A stretch of 64,000 nucleotides of DNA from NCBI GenBank assembly GCA_041678685.1, contig JBAYNV010000003.1, positions 24-64,023 on the forward strand, in the 5' to 3' direction. Positions 50,809-61,440 of this stretch are shown here, piece after piece. The notes under the pieces were generated by a model. The model was not told the DNA's origin, did not search any database, and worked only from the letters and a program-made list of their open reading frames with translations. The DNA is from Clostridia bacterium (lineage in GTDB: Bacteria; Bacillota; Clostridia; DUPQ01). Made by a program: the position numbers and the translations under genes. Each line of letters starts with the position of its first letter. The first letter of the stretch is position 1.

Positions 50809-52134
50809 ATGGCAGAAAATCTGACAAGGATACCTCCGCATAATGAAGAAGCCGAGCAGTATGTTTTAGGCTGTCTGCTGCTTGACAGTTCAGCTTTTGA
50901 AGTGATACAGAAAAAGATAACAGCGGACAAATTTTACAGTAAGCAGAACGGAGATATTTTTGATGCACTGCAAAGCGTGTTTATAAGCGGTATACCTGTG
51001 GATATAATCACCGTGTCAGAAGAACTCAAGAAGAAAGGTACTTTTGATTCCACAGGAGGTATAAAGTATCTGACAAGACTGACTTCACAGGTTGTCTCAT
51101 CTTCAAGTGCAGAATATTATGCGAATATAATATTCGATAAATACGTAGCCCGTTCGCTGATAAGCGTATGCGGGGAAGTTTTCGAAGAAGGATACAAGGA
51201 CAGTAAAGATGCAAAGGAACTGCTGGATTATGCACAGCAGACGCTTTTTGATCTTTCGGAGCAGAACGACACCGAAGGAGTCAAGAAAATAAGCGAACTT
51301 ATAGTTCAGAGGATGACTCATTTCAGGGAAATAAGCAAAACAAAGAAGATGCCTGAAAGAATAGAAACCGGTTTTCCTGATCTTGATCAGCTAATACTCG
51401 GTTTCCAGCCCGGCGACTTTGTCCTTATAGCTGCAAGACCGTCTGTAGGTAAATCCACTCTGGCAATGAATATGGCTCAGAACATGGCGATAAGGAAAGG
51501 GAAGAACGTACTCTTTCTCAGCCTGGAAATGTCAAACGATCAGCTGACAGACAGAATAATCGCTTCCGAAGCCAGGGTTTCTAACAGTAGGCTGAACAGA
51601 GGAGAAGCAGATCAGGATGAGTGGGCAAAAGTAACTGCAAGTGCAGGCATCATACATGAGTGTAACCTTTTTATTGATGATACATCATCGATAACAGTAG
51701 CAGATATCCGTTCAAAATGCAGAAGATTCAGGAGCGCGGAGCATCTTGATATAGTTTTCATAGACTATATGCAACTTATAGGAAGTGCAGTGAAAAAGGA
51801 AAGCAGGCAGCAGGAAATAACTGAAATATCCAGGCAGTTGAAAATACTTGCCAAAGACATGCATATCCCTGTAGTGGCTCTATCGCAGCTGTCAAGAGCA
51901 TCTGAGCAACGGTCCGAACACAGGCCTCAGCTTTCCGACCTGCGTGAATCAGGAGCTATCGAACAGGATGCAGATATAGTAATGTTTTTATATAAACAGT
52001 CACAGTATGATAAAGCGGCAAATTCAAATGTGGTCGAACTGATAATTGCAAAAAACAGAAACGGTTCTGTTGGATCCGTAAGACTCGCATGGCAGGATCA
52101 GATAGTCAAGTTTGACAGCTTTAAGAAAGACTGA
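50809..52134 (+). CDS. dnaB: Replicative DNA helicase DnaB
   Basis: PPHNEEAEQYVLGCLL N-terminus, Walker A ARPSVGKST, and RecA-like fold motifs. Confidence 0.95.
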   Translation: MAENLTRIPPHNEEAEQYVLGCLLLDSSAFEVIQKKITADKFYSKQNGDIFDALQSVFISGIPVDIITVSEELKKKGTFDSTGGIKYLTRLTSQVVSSSSAEYYANIIFDKYVARSLISVCGEVFEEGYKDSKDAKELLDYAQQTLFDLSEQNDTEGVKKISELIVQRMTHFREISKTKKMPERIETGFPDLDQLILGFQPGDFVLIAARPSVGKSTLAMNMAQNMAIRKGKNVLFLSLEMSNDQLTDRIIASEARVSNSRLNRGEADQDEWAKVTASAGIIHECNLFIDDTSSITVADIRSKCRRFRSAEHLDIVFIDYMQLIGSAVKKESRQQEITEISRQLKILAKDMHIPVVALSQLSRASEQRSEHRPQLSDLRESGAIEQDADIVMFLYKQSQYDKAANSNVVELIIAKNRNGSVGSVRLAWQDQIVKFDSFKKD

Positions 52135-52136
52135 TA

Positions 52137-53492
52137 ATGATTAAGCTTGATATGGAGGAAAAACTTATTATAACAAGGGATTGGTATGTGGCATTTTCCG
52201 GCGGACCGGATTCCACCTGCCTTATAACTTTACTTAAGAAAAAGAAAGAAGAAATACTAGAAAAATACGATAAAGATATAAAACTATCCGCTATACATGT
52301 GAACCATAATTTAAGAGACCAGGACAGCATAAGGGACATGAAGTTCTGTGAATGTTTCTGTAAAAACAATAATATCGATTTTATACCATATAGTATTGAT
52401 GTAACATCATATGCAGCTAGAAACAAACAGACGATAGAACAGGCCGCAAGGGAAATGAGGTATGATATATTTTCCAGATATGCGGATGCATTTGTCTTCC
52501 TTGGACATAATAAGGACGACAATGCAGAAACTATATTCATGAACATTATAAGAGGAACAGGATTGAAAGGGCTTACAGGGATAGATAGTATTTCAGGCAA
52601 TTATGTCCGGCCTTTACTTGCATATTCAAAAAAAGAGATCATGGATTGGGATGACAAAAACGGGATAGAATACGTCATTGACAGAACCAACCTTGAAAGC
52701 CATTATCTCAGAAATTACATAAGAAACGAGATATTCCCTTTGCTTAATGAAAAAACGGGTAAGGATGTTGTACATAATATTGTAAATATGTCATCCATTA
52801 TATGTGAGGTAAACAGTCATATAGAAAACGAAATAGATGAACATTTCGATAAGTGCGCAGATTTTGCGAACGGTTCCGTGATCATCGATCTTACTTATAT
52901 TGCAAAACTGGATAATACATTGAAAAGCGGTGTCATCCGTAAAGGCATAGAAGCGGTGAAAGGCATACTCAAGGATGTTGAAAGAAAACATATGAACAGC
53001 ATACTGCAGCTTTGTGAAAAAAATATGGCAGGTTCTTCCCTGGACATCGGGGATCTGATCAGTGTCCTGGTGCTCCAGAATAACAGATTGAAGATATACA
53101 GAAAAACAGAGATAAAGGAAATATCCGGTATAAGTATAGCTGTGCCCGGGGTGACAGAAGCAGAGGGCATCACCGTTACGGCAGTGGTTTGCAGATATGA
53201 CGAGATAGATAAGAACAGACAATACATATGGCTTGACCATGGATCGGTAAAAACCGGCCTGACGCTTAGGAGAAGATCATCCGGGGATACGATATACCCT
53301 TCAAAAGGCAACGGTACGAAAACCCTTAAGAAATATCTGATCGATAAAAAGGTAGACAGCGACCTGAGAAACGGACTATTTGTCCTTGCGGTGGAAAATG
53401 AGATAGTGTATATTGAAAATATGGACACGGGAAAAAAATTCCTTCCCAAAAAAGGGAAAGATGTCCTGAGATTGGAGTTCAGCAGAATATGA
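52137..53492 (+). CDS. tilS: tRNA(Ile)-lysidine synthetase
   Basis: PP-loop SGGPDSTCL. Confidence 0.85.
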   Translation: MIKLDMEEKLIITRDWYVAFSGGPDSTCLITLLKKKKEEILEKYDKDIKLSAIHVNHNLRDQDSIRDMKFCECFCKNNNIDFIPYSIDVTSYAARNKQTIEQAAREMRYDIFSRYADAFVFLGHNKDDNAETIFMNIIRGTGLKGLTGIDSISGNYVRPLLAYSKKEIMDWDDKNGIEYVIDRTNLESHYLRNYIRNEIFPLLNEKTGKDVVHNIVNMSSIICEVNSHIENEIDEHFDKCADFANGSVIIDLTYIAKLDNTLKSGVIRKGIEAVKGILKDVERKHMNSILQLCEKNMAGSSLDIGDLISVLVLQNNRLKIYRKTEIKEISGISIAVPGVTEAEGITVTAVVCRYDEIDKNRQYIWLDHGSVKTGLTLRRRSSGDTIYPSKGNGTKTLKKYLIDKKVDSDLRNGLFVLAVENEIVYIENMDTGKKFLPKKGKDVLRLEFSRI

Positions 53493-54034
53493 GCAGTATG
53501 TATAATGATGTCAGTGAGGTACTGATACCAAGAGAAAAATTGAATGAGATATGCGAAGGACTCGGGGAAAAGATATCGCAGGATTATGCAGGCAAAAAGC
53601 TGGTTCTTGTAGGTGTCATGAAAGGCGGCCTTATATTCCTTTCGGATCTACTGAGGAAAATCACCATCCCTTTGGAATTCGGTACGATAACTGCTTCAAG
53701 CTACGGTTCTGGTACAAGTTCAAGCGGTCAGGTAACTATACTCCAGGATATCGATATGGATATCAAAGGCAAAGACATCCTTATAGTTGAGGATCTTATT
53801 GATACCGGTCACACATTGAAATATCTGCAGAATTTCTTCACTTTAAGAGGACCTGACAGTGTTAAGATATGCTGTATGCTTGACAAACCCTCAAGGCGTA
53901 AAAAGGCAATAAAAGTTGATTATGTGGGTCAGGAAATACCAGACAAATTTGTGGTAGGTTATGGAATGGATTTTAATGAAAAATACAGAAATCTGCCTGA
54001 TGTCTGTGTTTTAAAGGAAGAAATGTACAAATAA
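53489..54034 (+). CDS. hpt: Hypoxanthine-guanine phosphoribosyltransferase
   Basis: PRPP-binding ILIVEDLIDTGHTL. Confidence 0.9.
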   Translation: MSSMYNDVSEVLIPREKLNEICEGLGEKISQDYAGKKLVLVGVMKGGLIFLSDLLRKITIPLEFGTITASSYGSGTSSSGQVTILQDIDMDIKGKDILIVEDLIDTGHTLKYLQNFFTLRGPDSVKICCMLDKPSRRKKAIKVDYVGQEIPDKFVVGYGMDFNEKYRNLPDVCVLKEEMYK

Positions 54035-54121
54035 GGCGCTTTATATGAAGTTACTGTGAACTTCATTGCATTTTCAAGGTGCTTATGCTATTATAAATTA
54101 TTAGGAAAAGGAGTTTGACTT

Positions 54122-55957
54122 TTGAAATACTATAAAAATATAAGCTTTTATATAATAGTCTTCGTAATAATAATAATTCTCGTATCATTCTTTTCAAAAC
54201 AGGATACCGTGAAAGAACTTGGTTATTCCGAGTTTCTGAATCAGCTTGATAAACAGAATGTATCTGAAGTAGTCATAAGCACTTCAACGCTTACGGTAAC
54301 GCTTAAAGAACCGATCAAGGATAATACATCAGTCTTTTATGTCCAGGTCGAAAATCTTGATACTCTTGAGGATATTCTTAATACAGCACGTTCCGCAGAT
54401 CCGGATCTTTCATATACATGGGATCCTGAGACCACTTCATGGTGGGTATCATTACTTCCGTCATTGATAATACTGATAGTGATAATAGTAATATTCTTTG
54501 TATTCATGTCAAAGCAGGCAGGAGCCAATAACTCAGCCATGTCGTTCGGAAAGAGCAGGGCTAGAGAATACAATGTAAAAGATAAGAAAGTGACATTCCT
54601 GGATGTCGCAGGTGCAGATGAGGAAAAGGCGGAACTTGAGGAAGTCGTTGACTTTCTAAAGGAACCGGAAAAATACAAAAAACTCGGGGCAAGGATCCCT
54701 AAGGGCATGCTTATCGTGGGCCCTCCGGGAACAGGAAAGACATTACTTGCAAGAGCTGTTGCAGGTGAAGCGGGAGTACCCTTTTTCAGCATAAGCGGAT
54801 CCGACTTCGTGGAAATGTTCGTAGGCGTAGGCGCGTCAAGAGTAAGGGATCTCTTTACTCAGGCTAAGGCCAAAGCTCCATGCATCATATTCATAGATGA
54901 AATAGACGCAGTAGGCAGGCACAGGGGTGCAGGTTTAGGCGGAGGAAATGATGAAAGGGAACAGACACTTAATCAGTTGCTCGTAGAGATGGACGGATTC
55001 ACAATAGATCAGGGAGTCATCATTCTGGCTGCTACCAACAGACCTGACATACTTGATCCGGCATTATTGCGTCCGGGCAGATTTGACAGAAGGGTCAATG
55101 TCAGTTATCCCGATGCTAGAGGCAGATATGAAATACTGCTCGTACACACCAGAAACAAAAAACTTGCATCTGATGTGGATCTGCATGAGATCTCGAAAAT
55201 AACCACAATGTTTACAGGTGCTGATATAGAGAACCTTATGAATGAAGCAGCGATCTCTGCGGCAAAGAAAAATAAAGACAGCATTTCCATGGATGAGATC
55301 ACGGAATCCATATATAAAGTGACGATGGGTCCTGAGAAGAAAAGCAGAGTCGTATCAGATACTGAAAGAAAACTTACTGCTTATCATGAGTCCGGACATG
55401 CTATCGCTATGCGTGCAGTTTCATCGACTGCAAAAGTGCAGAGGGTGTCGATAATACCTGTCGGGGAGGCCGGAGGATACACTATGCCTATGGCAAATGA
55501 AGACAAATATTTCTATACGGAAAAGCAGCTTAAAGAGGAAATAATATCCTTGCTTGGCGGCAGGGCTGCAGAGGAATTATCTTTAGGCGAAATAAGCACC
55601 GGAGCATCAAATGACCTTATGAGGGCAAACAAGATAGCGCGTAATATGATAGTGAAATATGGCATGAGCAAGTCCCTTACGAACATAGTATTCCAGGAAG
55701 ATGATGAAGTATTCATAGGTAAAGACTATTCTAAAGTAAAAGGTTATTCCGATAATGTTGCGAACAAGATCGATGTTGAAACAAAGAATATAATCGATGA
55801 ATGCTATAAAAAAGTACAGGATATTTTAGAGAGCAAGAAGGATATACTGGCGAAATTGGCAGAAACCCTGTTACAGAAAGAAAGAGTAGATGCCGTGGAG
55901 TTTGAAACGATATTCGGGGGAAGCGTTATGCTTCCTGCAGACGGACTGAATGTATAA
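54122..55957 (+). CDS. ftsH: ATP-dependent zinc metalloprotease FtsH
   Basis: Two TM helices, AAA+ GPPGTGKT, second region of homology, HEAGH zinc site (HESGHAI). TTG start with an AAAGGAG RBS. Confidence 0.95.
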   Translation: MKYYKNISFYIIVFVIIIILVSFFSKQDTVKELGYSEFLNQLDKQNVSEVVISTSTLTVTLKEPIKDNTSVFYVQVENLDTLEDILNTARSADPDLSYTWDPETTSWWVSLLPSLIILIVIIVIFFVFMSKQAGANNSAMSFGKSRAREYNVKDKKVTFLDVAGADEEKAELEEVVDFLKEPEKYKKLGARIPKGMLIVGPPGTGKTLLARAVAGEAGVPFFSISGSDFVEMFVGVGASRVRDLFTQAKAKAPCIIFIDEIDAVGRHRGAGLGGGNDEREQTLNQLLVEMDGFTIDQGVIILAATNRPDILDPALLRPGRFDRRVNVSYPDARGRYEILLVHTRNKKLASDVDLHEISKITTMFTGADIENLMNEAAISAAKKNKDSISMDEITESIYKVTMGPEKKSRVVSDTERKLTAYHESGHAIAMRAVSSTAKVQRVSIIPVGEAGGYTMPMANEDKYFYTEKQLKEEIISLLGGRAAEELSLGEISTGASNDLMRANKIARNMIVKYGMSKSLTNIVFQEDDEVFIGKDYSKVKGYSDNVANKIDVETKNIIDECYKKVQDILESKKDILAKLAETLLQKERVDAVEFETIFGGSVMLPADGLNV

Positions 55958-56029
55958 AATGAGTATCAGGTGATATCAGGACTTATTAAAGTCAGATAAA
56001 CCTGGATATCATACAATTGAATATGTACG

Positions 56030-56145
56030 AACTTATCAAGAGTGGCTGAGAGAATGGCTCAATGACGCCCGGCAACCTGCACAGAGCGAGGTGCCAATTC
56101 CATATAGATGAGGTTAAAGGTCTCGTCATGAGACCTTTTTTTATA
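56030..56145 (+). promoter_or_regulatory. SAM-I (S-box) riboswitch with intrinsic terminator, upstream of metK
   Basis: CTTATCAAGAG...GGC...GCCCGGCAACC...GAGGTGCCAATTCC...AGATGAG matches the S-box conserved blocks. The terminator is GGTCTCGTCATGAGACC plus T7 at 56119-56143. Confidence 0.8.
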
Positions 56146-56183
56146 CGATGAAAGGAGAGTATGCGGAGCATACGAGAGAGAAA

Positions 56184-57341
56184 ATGAAGAAAATATTTAC
56201 GTCAGAATCAGTGACAGAGGGGCATCCGGATAAACTATGTGACCAGATATCCGATGCGATACTGGATGCGATATTTAAGAAGGATATAAATGCAAGAGTG
56301 GCATGTGAGACAACAGTGACGACAGGACTTATACATGTCATGGGTGAAATAACGACCGAGTGTTATGTTGATATAGCGAAAATCGCACGGAATACGGTAT
56401 TGGATGCCGGTTACACGAGAGCAAAATACGGATTTGATGGTGAAACATGCGGAGTTATAACATCCATAAATGAACAGTCTCCTGACATATCTATGGGAGT
56501 AGACAGTTCCTTTGATATAGCAGGTGATCAGGGAGCAGGAGATCAGGGAATGATGTTCGGATATGCATGCGATGAGACGCCTCAGCTTATGCCTTATCCT
56601 ATACAGGCAGCGCATACACTTGCAAAAAGGCTTGCATGCGTAAGAAAAGAAACGCGCGGATCATTTCTAAGACCTGACGGAAAGACTCAGGTCACGGTAG
56701 AATACGACGGGAATACTCCAAAGAGGATAGACACCATAGTCGTTTCATCCCAGCATAGTGATGATGTGTCCATTGAGGAATTGAGAAAATATATAAAAGA
56801 AGCAGTTATATTACCTGTAATGGATCCGAAAATGTTAGATGATGATACTAAAATATTTATTAATCCTACCGGCAGATTTGTTGTAGGCGGTCCTAAAGCT
56901 GATTCAGGTCTTACCGGAAGGAAGATAATAGTTGACACATACGGAGGAATGGGAAGGCATGGAGGCGGTTCATTTTCCGGTAAGGATCCGTCAAAAGTCG
57001 ACAGATCAGCGGCTTATGCTGCAAGGTATGTAGCAAAAAACATCGTTGCAGCCGGAATAGCAAAGAGATGCGAAATACAGATAGCTTATGCTATTGGCGT
57101 TGCGAGACCTGTTTCAATAGATATCAATACATTCGGTACATCTAAAGTCAATGATGAGAAGATAGCAAAAGCAGTAGGTCACGCATTCGACCTGAGGCCT
57201 TATGCGATAATTGAAACTCTCGGTCTTAAAGCTCCTATTTACAGACAGACTGCAACATACGGGCACTTTGGAAGAGATGATCTTGACCTCTCATGGGAAA
57301 AGACCGATAAGGCAGACGAGTTAAGAGACCTGTTAAAGTAA
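56184..57341 (+). CDS. metK: S-adenosylmethionine synthetase
   Basis: [25 protein letters not shown]-terminus and the [20 protein letters not shown]-loop. Confidence 0.95.
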   Translation: MKKIFTSESVTEGHPDKLCDQISDAILDAIFKKDINARVACETTVTTGLIHVMGEITTECYVDIAKIARNTVLDAGYTRAKYGFDGETCGVITSINEQSPDISMGVDSSFDIAGDQGAGDQGMMFGYACDETPQLMPYPIQAAHTLAKRLACVRKETRGSFLRPDGKTQVTVEYDGNTPKRIDTIVVSSQHSDDVSIEELRKYIKEAVILPVMDPKMLDDDTKIFINPTGRFVVGGPKADSGLTGRKIIVDTYGGMGRHGGGSFSGKDPSKVDRSAAYAARYVAKNIVAAGIAKRCEIQIAYAIGVARPVSIDINTFGTSKVNDEKIAKAVGHAFDLRPYAIIETLGLKAPIYRQTATYGHFGRDDLDLSWEKTDKADELRDLLK

Positions 57342-57370
57342 ATAAATAAAACTCATACAAGTTATTTCCG

Positions 57371-57398
57371 ATCGCATATCACAATATGCGATTTTTTT
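57371..57398 (+). terminator. Rho-independent terminator after metK
   Basis: CGCATAT-caca-ATATGCG followed by ATTTTTTT. Confidence 0.6.
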
Positions 57399-57427
57399 GC
57401 TTGACACTAAATTACTATTGATATATA

Positions 57428-58042
57428 TTGTCAATAATGAGTAACCAGTTCATATCAGAAATACTGCAATATATTTTCCCAAATGAGAAATCCGCTAATA
57501 TAGAGAAACTGGATCTGAAATTACATATACGCAACAACCACATATATTTTATGGAACACAATGAGGAAATAGGTTCCATAATAAAATATGCAAAATATAC
57601 AAACCATCCGAATTCGTTCAGGGAAATAGGGAAAAGAATAGGCAGCCTCCTTATCAGTGAGAACACAGGATGCGATATGGTAATTCCCGTACCTATGCAT
57701 GATATAGATCAGAATAAGAGAGGATATAACCAATCACTTATACTTGCATCACAAATTGCCGTATATACCGGTTTGGAGTGTTCAGCTAAAGCATTAAGAA
57801 AAATACGGCAGACACATAAACAAGCCGGCATGAATGTGTATCAGCGAAAACGAAATGTAGCAGATGTATTTAAAGCACATGATGATATCGTAACAGGTAA
57901 AACTATATTGCTTGTTGATGATATTTATACAACAGGATCCACATTAAAGGAGTGCGAAAAAGAACTTTTGTCAAAAGGTGCTGTGAAAGTTATTTTCCTG
58001 ACGGTCACATTTAACAGAAAAAAATCTGATAATGAAAAATAA
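57428..58042 (+). CDS. ComF-family phosphoribosyltransferase-like protein (lacks N-terminal zinc finger)
   Basis: PRTase type-I PRPP motif ILLVDDIYTTGSTL and a ComFC-like core. There are no N-terminal CxxC pairs. Confidence 0.65.
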   Translation: MSIMSNQFISEILQYIFPNEKSANIEKLDLKLHIRNNHIYFMEHNEEIGSIIKYAKYTNHPNSFREIGKRIGSLLISENTGCDMVIPVPMHDIDQNKRGYNQSLILASQIAVYTGLECSAKALRKIRQTHKQAGMNVYQRKRNVADVFKAHDDIVTGKTILLVDDIYTTGSTLKECEKELLSKGAVKVIFLTVTFNRKKSDNEK

Positions 58043-58107
58043 TACAAAATGTATGTTGACATTAAATGGAAATATTATATAGTTGAAATACACAATTTGG
58101 AGGTAAT

Positions 58108-59463
58108 ATGTTTGTCAGTCAGAGATACAAGATATTAAAAGCTTTGAACGAGAAAGGAAGGGAGAAAAAATACCTTGTATTTGATGATGAGGAAAAACAG
58201 AGAAGAGTTATAAAAGAAGTTAAAAAAGATGCAGCCGGTAATATGGGTATACTGCAGAGTATCGGACATGCAGGTCTTCCAAAAGTATATGATGTTTTCT
58301 ATAACAGTGATGATACATGCATAGTGACTGAATATATCGAAGGAGAAAATCTATATGAATATATACAGAACAGAGGTGTGATGTCATGGTGGGATGCTCT
58401 TGATGTATTCATAAGGATCTCGTATATCATCAGGTATCTGCACTGTCTCAAACCTGACCGAATGATCCATGGTAGCGTACATCCTGAAAATATAATTTTT
58501 AAAGACGGAAATATATATCTGGTCGATTACGGTATAAGCGATGAAAAGAACACGGCTTATATGGCTCCTGAGCTCCTTGCAGGATTGGATACATCAAAGG
58601 AAAGTGATATATATGCCCTCGGTATGGTGCTCAACTATATGGTATATGGAAAAGATAAAAGGATGCTTTATTCCAAAGAAAATGAAAATGACCTTAACAG
58701 ACTGATAAGAAGATGTACTGCACTAAACATGAAAAACAGGATCTGCGATGTGAACATGGTCCTAAATGAAGCTGAAAGGATCAAAAAAAGACTGGAGCTC
58801 GATAAAAAAGGTGAAATCATAACAAAGGTCACAACACTGGCCGGTCCATTAGATTGCGCGTATTTACTGGCCGATTCATATTCCCGTAAATTTAGTAAAA
58901 AAGTACTTCTGATAGATACTGATATACTTCATGCTTCGTTTACTGCAGATAAGAAAAATTTGAATCCTGATCTGCAGACATTATTGGAAAAGGATGAAGT
59001 ATGTGATTCTCTGCACAGTGTTGCAGAGAATAAGGGTCTGTATATAATACCATGCGCGCTGGAAATTGAAGGATATGAGAATGTTATCTACTCAAAACTG
59101 GAAATACTGTTATCAAAACTTACTGATGATTTTCCTGTCATATTCATACACTGTACGGATTTTATATATGATTCTTTGTTCATGAACTGCATATTGATGA
59201 GTGATCATGTCCTTTTCTGCCTTGATAATGTACTGAAGGATCTAAAACTGTTCAATCAGATCGCGACATATCTGTGTAATAAACATGGAACGGATCCGGA
59301 CAGGTATAATTACTGCATTTATGAAAACAGGGATGAAAAGATACATATAAATGGCGTCGACTGCCATATTTGTGGCAGATTCATCGGTACCATCAGAAGC
59401 AGGCGTCGTTTTGCAGATAAGGATTGTGAAAAAATATTATCAGTGTTATATGGGAAGGATTGA
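58108..59463 (+). CDS. TadZ/CpaE-like protein with N-terminal Hanks-type pseudokinase domain and degenerate ParA/MinD-like domain
   Basis: Kinase subdomains are present but the catalytic residues are lost: YKILKALNEKGREKKYLV (G-loop lost), VIKEV, HGSVHPEN in place of HRDLKPEN, DYG, YMAPE, DIYALGMV. The C-terminal half aligns to the CpaE ATPase (KKVLLIDTD), but Walker A is replaced by LAGPLDCAY. Confidence 0.55.
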   Translation: MFVSQRYKILKALNEKGREKKYLVFDDEEKQRRVIKEVKKDAAGNMGILQSIGHAGLPKVYDVFYNSDDTCIVTEYIEGENLYEYIQNRGVMSWWDALDVFIRISYIIRYLHCLKPDRMIHGSVHPENIIFKDGNIYLVDYGISDEKNTAYMAPELLAGLDTSKESDIYALGMVLNYMVYGKDKRMLYSKENENDLNRLIRRCTALNMKNRICDVNMVLNEAERIKKRLELDKKGEIITKVTTLAGPLDCAYLLADSYSRKFSKKVLLIDTDILHASFTADKKNLNPDLQTLLEKDEVCDSLHSVAENKGLYIIPCALEIEGYENVIYSKLEILLSKLTDDFPVIFIHCTDFIYDSLFMNCILMSDHVLFCLDNVLKDLKLFNQIATYLCNKHGTDPDRYNYCIYENRDEKIHINGVDCHICGRFIGTIRSRRRFADKDCEKILSVLYGKD

Positions 59464-60650
59464 CTATGGCAGTACTAAAAAGATTATGTGAATATAATGA
59501 AACAAACACGAATATGAAGTATGCAAAAGGCGACTACCCTTTAGGAGAAGTCGTTATAGATATCGTCAGTGAAATACTGGAGACATCTCCCGAACTCGTT
59601 ATAGATGCATATACCGATAAAAAAAGACGTCAGATGCTTGAAAGCAGAATAATAAAAATACTGGAGAAAGAGGAATACTTTGCTATCGGCTCAAAAATGG
59701 AAATGATCAAAAAAGTATTTGATTTTATGTTTGGATATGGGCAGCTTCAGGAATATATCGATGATGAGGATATCTCTGACATAGACGGAGTCAGGTATAA
59801 CCGGTTTTCGATAAAGAAAAAAGGTATACGTTATCCCATAGAACTGGATTTTGGCAATGAAATGAATTACCTGGTTTATTGCAAACTCATAGCTCTTAGA
59901 AACGGAGGGATACTGAACGATAACGACAGTCATTGCAGGGTAGCGGATGTCGAACGTAAACTGAGAATAAACATATCTATTTACCCCAGGAATATTTCAG
60001 GATCTGCAATATGCATACGAAAACACAGAAATAACGCATATACGATAAATGACCTTGTGACGCTTGGCATGCTGGACTGTAAAAACAAGGACCTGATCAT
60101 GCAGACTGCAGAAAACCGCAAAACAATGATCATATGCGGCAAAGGCGGCAGCGGAAAAACAACATTATTACGGGCTATAATAAACAGTTTACCTGACATG
60201 GAGAGGGTATTGATCGTCGAATCAGATGCGGAACTGTATCCGAAGAAGGACTTCTGTATCGAACAAAGAGTGAAGAGAAGTAATGAAGGGGGCAATCCGA
60301 TCACACTTGATATGCTTATAAAAGATGGTCTGACAATGTCATTGGATACATACTGCATCGGAGAGATCATAGGCAGCGAGGCCATAGATTTCATAGATGC
60401 CTGCTGTTCCGGACACCGCTTTTTTACTACCATGCATGCCGATAAAGCGCAAGACTGTGCAAATCGCATCGTTGCATTGGCAAAATCCTCTGACAAGCAG
60501 AGAGATGAATCCATGCTTGCAAGAATGTTCGCAGATGGAGTCGATATGGTCATACATATGGAGGATTTCAAAGTCGATGAGATATTGAATGTGAAATATT
60601 ACGATACCACTAAAAACGAGATCATATATGAAAGGATATACAGCCAATGA
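59460..60650 (+). CDS. cpaF: CpaF/TadA-family pilus assembly ATPase
   Basis: Walker A MIICGKGGSGKTTLLRAI, Asp and His boxes of the T2SS-E/VirB11 family, and a 4-nt overlap with the upstream gene. Confidence 0.85.
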   Translation: MTMAVLKRLCEYNETNTNMKYAKGDYPLGEVVIDIVSEILETSPELVIDAYTDKKRRQMLESRIIKILEKEEYFAIGSKMEMIKKVFDFMFGYGQLQEYIDDEDISDIDGVRYNRFSIKKKGIRYPIELDFGNEMNYLVYCKLIALRNGGILNDNDSHCRVADVERKLRINISIYPRNISGSAICIRKHRNNAYTINDLVTLGMLDCKNKDLIMQTAENRKTMIICGKGGSGKTTLLRAIINSLPDMERVLIVESDAELYPKKDFCIEQRVKRSNEGGNPITLDMLIKDGLTMSLDTYCIGEIIGSEAIDFIDACCSGHRFFTTMHADKAQDCANRIVALAKSSDKQRDESMLARMFADGVDMVIHMEDFKVDEILNVKYYDTTKNEIIYERIYSQ

Positions 60651-61432
60651 CAATACTGATAATAAACTCAGTAACAGCTGTTTTGCTTGCTTATCTTATA
60701 ACCAAAAGCGATCAACCTGATACTGTATATGATAAATTAAAATATCTCACCGGTTTCATATCGGTAACATTGCTTTTATTTACAGCAGTAATAGTGAACA
60801 GAAAAATAGACTACATACTGACATCCGTTTCGGTTGCGCTTATGCCTGCTGTATTGCCATATGTCGTACATGATGTATATAAAAATGTTATGTATGCAAG
60901 GGAACAGAAAAGCATCGTAGACCTGCTGCTTCTCATGAGCAAGTGGAGCGCAGTAAAGAATGATGTGGTTTTCTGCCTTAACAAAGCTGACAGATCTGAT
61001 CTTAAACAACCTGTAAAGAGGCTTATAAATGATGCATGCAACAGGATAGGAAGAGGTATGGGAGTAAGCGATGCTTTATCTATTTTCGAAAAAGAAGCAC
61101 AAAGTGAGGAACTGAGATATGTAATGATGAACATACGGTATGCATATGAAAAAGGAGGCGATCTTTACAGTATATTTAAGAGCATGGAAAATCAGTTTTT
61201 CAAACTGGATGAAGAAATATATAAAAGGAAGATCTCCACTTCAAAAGACAGATATGCGGTATATGCGACTATTCTGCTTGTCCTTATCACATTTTACTAC
61301 TTCGTGTTTAAGAATGAATCAGTCAAAGCTTTCTATCTGTCTACTGATAGCGGTAAGCTATATCTTGCACTGTTCGCATTTCTGTTCTTTATTGGAACCA
61401 TAACAACCATAAGCGCTGTGAAGCAGAATTAG
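60647..61432 (+). CDS. tadB: TadB-like (T2SS-F domain) inner-membrane platform protein
   Basis: N- and C-terminal TM segments flank a T2SSF-like cytoplasmic domain. It sits immediately after cpaF. Confidence 0.6.
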   Translation: MTILIINSVTAVLLAYLITKSDQPDTVYDKLKYLTGFISVTLLLFTAVIVNRKIDYILTSVSVALMPAVLPYVVHDVYKNVMYAREQKSIVDLLLLMSKWSAVKNDVVFCLNKADRSDLKQPVKRLINDACNRIGRGMGVSDALSIFEKEAQSEELRYVMMNIRYAYEKGGDLYSIFKSMENQFFKLDEEIYKRKISTSKDRYAVYATILLVLITFYYFVFKNESVKAFYLSTDSGKLYLALFAFLFFIGTITTISAVKQN

Positions 61433-61440
61433 GAGGCCTA

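Noticed and set aside
56148-56183. Upstream ATG extension of metK ([12 protein letters not shown]...)
   Set aside because: The extension would start inside the riboswitch terminator region. Canonical MetK begins [16 protein letters not shown] at 56184, preceded by a purine-rich SD.
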